From the IMG/VR virus record IMGVR_UViG_3300023267_000044, positions 1-36,377 of that record: a DNA stretch of 36,377 nucleotides; one strand, written 5' to 3'. Below, piece after piece: positions 1 to 7,335 of this stretch (positions are counted from its first letter, which is position 1; the number at the start of each line of letters is the position of its first letter). This stretch comes from a virus (Duplodnaviria; Caudoviricetes). Under the pieces are notes generated by a model. That model saw only the letters and a program-made list of their open reading frames with translations, ran no database searches and had not been told where the DNA came from. Made by a program: the position numbers and the translations under genes.

Positions 1-270
1 ATGACCGGCCTCGTGCTCACCGTCGGCGGCCTGGTGCTCGTCGCGTTCGTGCTCATCCCCCAGTACCGCCGCCGCCGGGTCCGGCACCGCACCGTGTCGC
101 GAGTGAGGGCGCGCCTCGCCGACTGGCAGTGCTCGACCTCGGCGGCGGCCTCCCTCGAACTGCCGACCACCCGCGCCGGTGGTCGTCCCCAGTCCGCTGC
201 GCCTGCGCGTGAACTTCCCCCGACCGCGCAGGCGCAGCGCCCCACCCCACCACCTCCGAAGGCGGCGTGA
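1..270 (+). CDS. Hypothetical membrane protein
   Basis: N-terminal hydrophobic helix followed by RRRR; GTGA overlap with the next ORF. Confidence 0.6.
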   Translation: MTGLVLTVGGLVLVAFVLIPQYRRRRVRHRTVSRVRARLADWQCSTSAAASLELPTTRAGGRPQSAAPARELPPTAQAQRPTPPPPKAA

Positions 271-464
271 CCGTGGACTTCAGCCAGACGTGGCGGGCCG
301 CCCGCGACGCGAAAGCGCACTTCTACCAAGTCGTCGACCTCACCGACGACGGCCACCAGGCGGAGGCGGAGGCGTACCTCGGACGCCTCCGCGAGAGTGC
401 GCCGGAGGTCCACGACGAGGTGCGCGCGCTCATGGCCCAGCACTACGGAACCCCGGAGGCATGA
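267..464 (+). CDS. Hypothetical protein
   Basis: GC3-rich codons; 4-nt overlaps at both ends. Confidence 0.7.
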   Translation: MTVDFSQTWRAARDAKAHFYQVVDLTDDGHQAEAEAYLGRLRESAPEVHDEVRALMAQHYGTPEA

Positions 465-667
465 GCGTGGCCGCTGACGACGACATCCGCGACCGGATCG
501 ACCGCCTCGGTTACAACCGCATCGGGTTCGGCCAGGATGAGACCACGGCGGGAGCGCTGGAGCGCCTCGACCGGATGGCGGTCCTCGGCCGGGAGCTGGC
601 CGAGCTGTGCGAGCAGCGCGCCGCACTGCTCCGCGCCGAGGAGTCGGCACAGCCGAGCGCAAGCTGA
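461..667 (+). CDS. Hypothetical protein (MSVAADDDIRDR...)
   Basis: ATGA overlap at 461-464; C-terminal part of listed ORF 179..667. Confidence 0.7.
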   Translation: MSVAADDDIRDRIDRLGYNRIGFGQDETTAGALERLDRMAVLGRELAELCEQRAALLRAEESAQPSAS

Positions 668-695
668 CTGCCAGTTCCGGCGACCCGTACAACGC

Positions 696-740
696 CGAAA
701 GGGCCCCGGCCCACCCGCGAGGGTGAGCCGGGGCCCTTCG
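696..740. terminator. Probable bidirectional intrinsic terminator
   Basis: Long inverted repeat AAGGGCCCCGGC..CACCC-GCGA-GGGTG..GCCGGGGCCCTT between convergent genes. Confidence 0.8.
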
Positions 741-753
741 TGTTGTCTGTCGG

Positions 754-1071
754 TCAGCGGGCGAGGTCGAACTCCGAGCGTCCGACGCCGGAGCGCTTCA
801 TCTTCTCGGACACGCCGAGCGGCGCCCAGACACCGGCCTGGGTGGCGATCGACGTGACGAGCGCGAGCAGCGCGGCCAGCGCGGCGGAGCCGACGTCGTA
901 CGCGGTCCCTGTGGTGAGCGCGTGGAGCCACTCGGCGCCGAAGCCCGCGGCGGAGTTCAGTACGAGCTGGAGGTAGACCCGCGCGCGGCTCGCCGCGTAC
1001 CGGGTCACCAGGCCGTTGACGAGCGGCACGAGCGTGCCGACGACGATCGCGAGGATCTGCGCGGTGTTCAT
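754..1071 (-). CDS. Holin
   Basis: MNTAQILAIVVGTLVPLVNGLVT..., 105 aa with several hydrophobic segments; TGATG-coupled to the endolysin. Confidence 0.8.
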   Translation of the reverse strand: MNTAQILAIVVGTLVPLVNGLVTRYAASRARVYLQLVLNSAAGFGAEWLHALTTGTAYDVGSAALAALLALVTSIATQAGVWAPLGVSEKMKRSGVGRSEFDLAR

Positions 1072-2108
1072 CACGCGCCCCCGGACGGGCTCGGCGCCGT
1101 GCTCTTGAAGCTGAGGTCGACCGTCGCCTTGCCGACGTAGGACGCGAGCACCTGGCGGACGGCGTCGACGGAGTTGGTCTCGACGAGCCGCTGGTACAGG
1201 TCCTCCAGCGCCTCCTCGGTCTGCGCGCCGAGCTGGACCTTCAGGCTGTCGAAGCCCGCCTGCGCCTGCTCGTCGGTCAGCGTCACCTGACCGCCGCCGC
1301 CCTCGCCGATGCGGCGGGCGAGGTCGTCGTGGCACTCCTGCACGAGGGCCTTGACCTCCTTGCCGACGCGCTCCGGCTCGGTCCAGATGCCGTGGTTGCT
1401 GCCGCGCATGTGCTCGGTCAGCGGCAGTGGGGGCTTGGCGTCCTTGCCGGTGCCGTAGCCGACCGGGACGAGGATCTTCCCGACCTCGGCGGCGATGGCC
1501 TTGATGTCCTCAGGGGTCACGTCGTCCTCCTTGGAGGTGGTTGCGGCTGCTTCGCGGCGGAAGGCAGCCATGTCGATGGTCTGACCCGGCGCCCAACCGG
1601 GGTCCCACTTGCCGTCACCGCCGCGGCCGTTGGTCTCGGCGTGCGCGCGGACGCACTCGATGTCGCCGCCGCCGAACAGGTCTGCGACGGCGCGCGCGAA
1701 AACCAGCGCGGCGGCGTACTGCTGGTCGGTCATCGGCTTGTCGCCGGGGTAGACGATCTCCAGGCCGATGGTGCTGCGGTTCATCGCCGAGCGGTACGGC
1801 GCCAGCGGGCCGAGCGATGGGCCCGCGCCGGACCCGGCGTGCCACGCCAGGCCGGAGGCGACGACGGTCAGCGACCCGTCGGAGTTCCCGGCGAAGTTGC
1901 ACAGGCACCCGCCGTACAGGTCGGACCGGGTGGACGCCACGAGCCCGGCGAACGCCGACCCGTAGCCGGTGGCGGTGTGGTGCAGGACCGCGCCGTGCGG
2001 GGTGATCTGGGTGACGCCCTCGTTGCCGCGGCCGTCCCATCCGGACCACTCGTGCACGACGACACCGCGGCGTCGCAGCTCGTCGACGAGTTGTCTCACT
2101 GCTCCCAC
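1071..2108 (-). CDS. Endolysin, N-acetylmuramoyl-L-alanine amidase (Amidase_2-like) with helical C-terminal region
   Basis: Motifs VLHHTA, AWHAG, IGLEI, AHAE, KWDPG. Confidence 0.9.
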   Translation of the reverse strand: MGAVRQLVDELRRRGVVVHEWSGWDGRGNEGVTQITPHGAVLHHTATGYGSAFAGLVASTRSDLYGGCLCNFAGNSDGSLTVVASGLAWHAGSGAGPSLGPLAPYRSAMNRSTIGLEIVYPGDKPMTDQQYAAALVFARAVADLFGGGDIECVRAHAETNGRGGDGKWDPGWAPGQTIDMAAFRREAAATTSKEDDVTPEDIKAIAAEVGKILVPVGYGTGKDAKPPLPLTEHMRGSNHGIWTEPERVGKEVKALVQECHDDLARRIGEGGGGQVTLTDEQAQAGFDSLKVQLGAQTEEALEDLYQRLVETNSVDAVRQVLASYVGKATVDLSFKSTAPSPSGGA

Positions 2109-2112
2109 AGGG

Positions 2113-2631
2113 TCACGCTCCGATCAGCTTGGTTCCGATGGCTACGACCTTCTGGCCGTAGCCCTCACCAGGGACGGCCCACTTCCCCGACAGGTCTTCC
2201 CAGTGGCGGGCCGCGTGCTTGCCGAACACCCAGTCCCACCGCGGATCGATGACCGGGGCGGAGAACTTCACGCCGACGTAGGCGCGGAGGTGCTGCACGT
2301 GCGCGATGGCACCCAGTCGCCACGAGGGGAACTGCTGGTGCGCGAGCGGCTTGCTGGCCGCCACCTCGGGGTGGAGGGTCTGGTCGCGGACCTTCAGCCC
2401 GCACGTGTTGCGCCACCGGGCGTCGATGACTGCGGGCGCGGGCCACTTGCCCCACCCGGTCTCCTGCACGGACTGCGCCACCACGTACACCGGGTCGAGG
2501 CCGTAGTCCTCGGACGCCGCCCACAGTTCCGGGGCGATGGTGCCGACGAACAGCGGGTCGGCGCCCTGCGCGACGAGGTTGCGCAGCACAGTGGGAAGGT
2601 CGGTGCTCGGCGCACCCATGATCAAGGTCAC
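2113..2631 (-). CDS. Glucosaminidase (GH73-like) peptidoglycan hydrolase
   Basis: AQSVQETGWG, NTCGLK, LSGKWA..YG motifs; position in the lysis cassette. Confidence 0.8.
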   Translation of the reverse strand: MTLIMGAPSTDLPTVLRNLVAQGADPLFVGTIAPELWAASEDYGLDPVYVVAQSVQETGWGKWPAPAVIDARWRNTCGLKVRDQTLHPEVAASKPLAHQQFPSWRLGAIAHVQHLRAYVGVKFSAPVIDPRWDWVFGKHAARHWEDLSGKWAVPGEGYGQKVVAIGTKLIGA

Positions 2632-2641
2632 GAAGTCCTCC

Positions 2642-3034
2642 CTAGGACTTGGGAGCCGGGGGCGGGAGCAGCGGTGGCGGCTCGCTGTAGCCCGGCTGTG
2701 TGCGGCGGAGGTCGGAGAGGGCTTGCCAGTCCCAGGGCTCGTGGTTCAGCGCGAGCTGGCGCATCTGGTAGAGCTGCCGCTCGACCTCGCTGAGTCGGGG
2801 CACCACGTGGCCGAGTTGGCGCTGGATGTCGAGCAGTTGGACGTCGGTCTGCTTCGTGGCGCGCTCGGTGCGGCGGGCCTGCCGGGCGGCGAGCCAGCGC
2901 CCCAGCGGGCCGAGGATCTTCTGGAGCTCTGAGGACACCGTGGCGACGTAGCCCAGCACGACGGCGGCCATGCCGACGTAGACGACGGCCGGGTTGTTCT
3001 TCATCACTTCGGTGATGGACGCGATGTCAGCCAC
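2642..3034 (-). CDS. Membrane protein with coiled-coil C-terminus (lysis accessory)
   Basis: GTG start 3034 (VADIASITEV...); one TM followed by a coiled-coil-like segment. Confidence 0.65.
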   Translation of the reverse strand: MADIASITEVMKNNPAVVYVGMAAVVLGYVATVSSELQKILGPLGRWLAARQARRTERATKQTDVQLLDIQRQLGHVVPRLSEVERQLYQMRQLALNHEPWDWQALSDLRRTQPGYSEPPPLLPPPAPKS

Positions 3035-3494
3035 TTGCACCGCCTTCTGCGAGGGCGAGCGCCTGGCGCTGGGTGGCGGCGTGGTTGGCCACGATGATGT
3101 GCCACACCACCGGGACGGCCAGACCGATCGCGGCGCGGACGCCGTCGAACCACGGGCGTCCCAGGTACTCCACCAACAAGCCGACGGTGAGGCCGAAGTA
3201 GGTGGCGGCGAGCAGCACCGACCCGGCGGCGACGGCGAGCCCCCACCGGCCCGCCGCGCCACCAAGCACTAGGGCAGCGCCGACAGCCAGGGCGGTGCCC
3301 CACACGCAGAGCGGGAACGCCCGTTCGATCGCGCCGAGCGCGGAGCCGGGTGTAGCCGCGGTGCCGTCCGTGCCGGTGGCGTAGTCCCAGGCGCGCACGA
3401 GCGCGGCGATGCAGAAAACCGCCATGAGGGTCACGCTCGACCGCCCGCGGAGGCGCGGCGCCGACCACAGTCCTCGTCGATTCCAGCCGGTCAC
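3027..3494 (-). CDS. Multi-pass membrane protein (holin-like)
   Basis: AGGAGG RBS before GTG 3494; about four hydrophobic segments. Confidence 0.7.
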   Translation of the reverse strand: MTGWNRRGLWSAPRLRGRSSVTLMAVFCIAALVRAWDYATGTDGTAATPGSALGAIERAFPLCVWGTALAVGAALVLGGAAGRWGLAVAAGSVLLAATYFGLTVGLLVEYLGRPWFDGVRAAIGLAVPVVWHIIVANHAATQRQALALAEGGASG

Positions 3495-3514
3495 GCGTGC
3501 CTCCTGGTTGGTAG

Positions 3515-4093
3515 CTAAGGGGTTCCGCGCTGGGTGGCCGTGAAGGCGGCGCCGATGGTGCCGAGAGCGTTGGTCACCTGCACCTCGACGTTGATCGTGA
3601 TGGTGTCGCCGACGGCGCCGGGCAGCGCGAGGTTCTGGGTCAGGGTCTGGGTGGAGGTGGCGGGGACCGCCAGCACGGCGCCGACGGCGACACCGTTGAT
3701 GGTCACGCGGGCGTTGCCAACGGCGCCGCTCTGGGTCTGGGCGTAGATGGTCACCGAGCAGTAGGGCGAGGTCTTGCGGAAGCCCAGCGTCGACGCCACC
3801 ACCCCGTAGGAGGCGATGTTGGTCTGCGGGATGCCGAGGATCGAGACGGTGGGGATGGGAATCCACGGGAGCGCCAGGCCCACGCCGCTAGCGTCGTCGG
3901 CGACGAGCTGGTTCTCCGCCTTATCGAACAGCAGCCACGTGTCGCCGGAGGCGTCGAAGGCGCGCGAGCCGTCGCTGTCCCGACGGATGACGCGCAGGGT
4001 CTTGCGGCCCAACTCCTTGATGGACGCCCAGATTCTGCCGATGTCGTCCTGGAGCTTGTCGTTCGACTGTGGCACCGGGCCGGGCAGGGTCAC
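3515..4093 (-). CDS. Minor tail protein
   Basis: Short N-terminal helix then beta-rich G/A/V/T region; position. Confidence 0.65.
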   Translation of the reverse strand: MTLPGPVPQSNDKLQDDIGRIWASIKELGRKTLRVIRRDSDGSRAFDASGDTWLLFDKAENQLVADDASGVGLALPWIPIPTVSILGIPQTNIASYGVVASTLGFRKTSPYCSVTIYAQTQSGAVGNARVTINGVAVGAVLAVPATSTQTLTQNLALPGAVGDTITINVEVQVTNALGTIGAAFTATQRGTP

Positions 4094-4102
4094 GGGTTCC
4101 CC

Positions 4103-5257
4103 CTACTCCGTCGGTTGCAAGACGAGGCGGGCGGTGTAGAGGCCGGAGCCGCTGGAGGCGCCGAGCACCCGCCGGGTGTACGTGCCGTCGAGGATGCGGC
4201 GGTGGTCCTGCATCCGCATGGTCGCGGTGTCGCCGGCGCGAAGCTGGTCGATCGACGGAGAGCGGGTCATCTTGCCTTGGCCGTTGGTGCCGTCGATCCG
4301 CACGGTCGCGGCCCACGAGATCACCGCACGGCCGTGGGTGGCGACGTAGCCGTCCGCCTTGGACTGGAGCAGCGTGCCGTCCTCGGTGGAGCTGACGTCG
4401 GAGCCGACGGTCTCCAGCTCCGGGTAGGGGTAGGTGGCGAGGTTCACCAGGGTCTTGTCGTCCTGGTAGGCGGTGAGGAGGTCCCGCTTGTCGCCGTTGC
4501 CCTTCTCGAAGTGGGCCATCGTCTGCTGGCTGCCGTCGCGGTCGTAGTCGACGTGGGTCAGCGCGGCGCCGTAGTCCCACACGTGCGGCGCGTCGAGCCG
4601 ACCGAGCCGCGGGTTGCCGACGCGCATCTCCCACCGGATCGCCAACTGGTTGTCGTCGGTGTAGACGGGGCGAAACTCGACCTCGGGCCCGTTGTTGACC
4701 TGGGTGAGCTGCTGCAACCGTTCGCCCACGGTAGCCAGGTCGTAGCCGGGGTAGTAGCGCTCATGGGTCGAGGGGGCATCCTCGGCGGGCAGCGCGATGG
4801 GGAGGCTGTGGCCCACCTGCGCCATGTCGTTCTCGATCATCCGGCGCGCGATGGTGCGCAGGGTGAGGTTGGTGTACTGGAGGTCGGCGACCGGTGAGGC
4901 GATGTTCTGCCCCTCGGTCCACGCGGAGTTCTTGATGATCCGCTTGGTGAACAGGTGCATCAGGCCGCCGCACCCGACGTCCGCCGTCGGCGGCCCCTCC
5001 TGGTCGGTGTAGCGGTCGGTGACTGCGGGCCCGGCCTGGAAGATGTGGGAGCCGTAGGCGAACCCCCAACTCCACCGCCACGAGTTGGCGAACTCGTCGA
5101 GGTCCCGCTTGGACAGTGCGCCGATCGGCACCGACGCGGTCAGGCCACCGGTGGAGTTGAGGCGGTACTCCCACTTCGGGACCCCCACGAACGGCACGTC
5201 GGTGACGATCTGGCCGGTGACCGTGTTGGCCACGAACAGCCGGAAGGGCAGCGCCAC
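4103..5257 (-). CDS. Minor tail (baseplate hub-like) protein
   Basis: 384 aa; resembles actinophage Gp37-like tail proteins; position after Dit. Confidence 0.75.
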   Translation of the reverse strand: MALPFRLFVANTVTGQIVTDVPFVGVPKWEYRLNSTGGLTASVPIGALSKRDLDEFANSWRWSWGFAYGSHIFQAGPAVTDRYTDQEGPPTADVGCGGLMHLFTKRIIKNSAWTEGQNIASPVADLQYTNLTLRTIARRMIENDMAQVGHSLPIALPAEDAPSTHERYYPGYDLATVGERLQQLTQVNNGPEVEFRPVYTDDNQLAIRWEMRVGNPRLGRLDAPHVWDYGAALTHVDYDRDGSQQTMAHFEKGNGDKRDLLTAYQDDKTLVNLATYPYPELETVGSDVSSTEDGTLLQSKADGYVATHGRAVISWAATVRIDGTNGQGKMTRSPSIDQLRAGDTATMRMQDHRRILDGTYTRRVLGASSGSGLYTARLVLQPTE

Positions 5258-5272
5258 GGGTCGCCTCCTCGG

Positions 5273-6415
5273 CTACAGCGGGACGACGAGCGCGGAGAAG
5301 CCGTTGGCGAGGTCGGTCCACGAGAAACTGCCGGAAACGTTGGCGCGGACCGTGAAGTAGAAGGTCTTGGCCGCGCCCGCGGGCACGTTGCAGACCTTGT
5401 ATCCGGGCAGGGACAGCGGCGCGTCGAGGGCGCCGCGGGCGATGGCGCTGCCCGCCGCCCAGATCGTGCCGGAGGCCGAGTTGTCCGAGCGCACCCAGCC
5501 CTCGACGTAGTTGTCGTTGCCGAGCCCGGACACCTGGATGTGCGTGCGGAAGGTCGCCGCGTAGTCGTAGCCGAGGTCCGGGATGTCAATCTGGCTGTGG
5601 ACGTAGACGGTGTTGCTGGCCATGCTGCGCGTGCCGGACGACAGGGTCTGTACGCCCTGGTAGTAGCGCGGGACCGTGCCGTGCCACTTGCTGTCCACGC
5701 CCCAGAACTCGGGGGCCTGGAGGACGCCGCCGACGAGCCGCTGCCGGAGGTCGCCGAGCGTGTATCCGCTGTCCGCCGCGGAGTCGCCCGCGAGCAGGAG
5801 CCGGTTCGCGCCGAGGAGCGCGGTGGACTTCCGCTTGTCGGTGATGTTGGCGTCGATGATCGTGTTGCCGGGGCTGCTCGCAGCCCGGACGACGTAGGCC
5901 AGCAGTAGGCAGCCGTCCGGGATGATCGGCGGCCCGCCGGCGCTGCCTGGCGTCCCGTTCAGGTTGGTGGAGGCGTTGGGCGTGCCACGGATCGCGTCGA
6001 AGTAGGGGCCGTGGAGCGGGGCGCCGGAGTCCGCGGTGATGTTCTTGTCGTACAGCCGGACCACGACCGCGTCGATGCACGGGTTCGTGGCGTCGGAGAG
6101 GTCGAGTTGCAGCGTCGAGACGGCGGTGGTGGTGAAGACCAGGTACGAGCCTTCACCGGTCCGGTTGATCACGCAGGAGCCCGCGGTGATCCGGACGTTA
6201 CGGTCGGCCGTGCCGTTCTGGCTGACCTTCATTGTCGGCGTGCCGACCCCGCGGTAGAAGACGCCCTGCCGGGCGACGAACTCGTCCGAGGTGCTGCCGA
6301 CCTGGACGAGGGGGGTGATCCACCCCTTGCGGATGTCCTGCGACGAGTTGCGTCCCGTGACGCCTCCGGTCTCCAGGAGGGGGATCGCATCGGTCAGAGC
6401 GACAGGCGTGACCAC
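5273..6415 (-). CDS. Minor tail protein
   Basis: AGGAGG RBS before GTG 6415; DATNPCIDAVVVRLYD...GTP motif typical of actinophage tail proteins. Confidence 0.75.
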   Translation of the reverse strand: MVTPVALTDAIPLLETGGVTGRNSSQDIRKGWITPLVQVGSTSDEFVARQGVFYRGVGTPTMKVSQNGTADRNVRITAGSCVINRTGEGSYLVFTTTAVSTLQLDLSDATNPCIDAVVVRLYDKNITADSGAPLHGPYFDAIRGTPNASTNLNGTPGSAGGPPIIPDGCLLLAYVVRAASSPGNTIIDANITDKRKSTALLGANRLLLAGDSAADSGYTLGDLRQRLVGGVLQAPEFWGVDSKWHGTVPRYYQGVQTLSSGTRSMASNTVYVHSQIDIPDLGYDYAATFRTHIQVSGLGNDNYVEGWVRSDNSASGTIWAAGSAIARGALDAPLSLPGYKVCNVPAGAAKTFYFTVRANVSGSFSWTDLANGFSALVVPL

Positions 6416-6423
6416 GAGTCCTC

Positions 6424-7335
6424 CTAGATGTAGGTGTCGCGCCAGCGCACGACCAGCGAGGCGCCGGGGGCGGGAGCGGTGGAGGTGAACAGGATCTGGA
6501 TCGACGTCTCGGGCGGGACGGTGAAGAACTCCGCCCGGCTGAGGCTCGGCCCGCGGTTCGAGCCGTCGACGAGGACGGAGGCCGCTTCGGGGTCGGCGTC
6601 GATCTCCAGCAGCGAGCCCATCGGGAGGACGCCGCTGTAGGCGATGACCTCGCCGGTGCTGAGGTTCTGGATGCCGGGGTTGGGGATGGCCTCGGCCGAG
6701 TCCGTGATGGCGAACTGGAGGGGGGCGGGCTCGTTCCCGGCGTTGGTGACGGTGACGATGCCGGGCGTGCCCGCGGCGCCCTGCCAGATGACGCCGGTGC
6801 CGCCCGCGGGTCCACCCCACTGGAGCCCGGTGCCGCCCGCCGGGCCGTCCCACAGCACGCCGCCGGTCGGCGGGGTGCCGAGGCCGACGGCGGGTGTGCT
6901 GTGCAGTTCGGCGGAGTATTTGCGCGGGTCCGGCGCGACGAGCGAGAGCTGGAAGAGGACGTCCGTCGGGGACAGGCGGCGCGTCGACGGCCGGGCGGCG
7001 CGCTTGACCATGCACTGCAAGGCCAGTTCCTCATCGGTCCGCACCAGCGGCGTCGCCAGGCCCGAACCGCCGACGAGCGCCAGCTTCCGGAGCGCCTTCT
7101 CGACGATCGTCCTGGACGAGCCGCGGAGCAGCCCGTCCAGGACGATCAGCCGCGTGCCGGGGTAGGCGACGCTGTCGTAGGAGCCAGCGCCGATCATCCG
7201 CGACGACAGGGAGTCCTTCAGCTCGGGCGGGTTGTCCCACCCCTCGTCCTCGTGGATGATCCACTCGACGTCGGCGTCAGCCACGTTGAACGTGACCCCG
7301 TCGATCGCCCAGGTGGGCGTCATGATGGTGGTCAT
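6424..7335 (-). CDS. Distal tail protein (Dit)-like
   Basis: Follows the tape measure with ATGA overlap; APDPRKY and C-terminal WRDTYI motifs. Confidence 0.8.
   Translation of the reverse strand: MTTIMTPTWAIDGVTFNVADADVEWIIHEDEGWDNPPELKDSLSSRMIGAGSYDSVAYPGTRLIVLDGLLRGSSRTIVEKALRKLALVGGSGLATPLVRTDEELALQCMVKRAARPSTRRLSPTDVLFQLSLVAPDPRKYSAELHSTPAVGLGTPPTGGVLWDGPAGGTGLQWGGPAGGTGVIWQGAAGTPGIVTVTNAGNEPAPLQFAITDSAEAIPNPGIQNLSTGEVIAYSGVLPMGSLLEIDADPEAASVLVDGSNRGPSLSRAEFFTVPPETSIQILFTSTAPAPGASLVVRWRDTYI

Noticed and set aside
5273-7015. ORF-track starts for several genes (7015, 16340, 11491, 12377, 33743, 34489)
   Set aside because: Upstream extensions overlap other genes; shorter starts with RBS or coupling were chosen instead.
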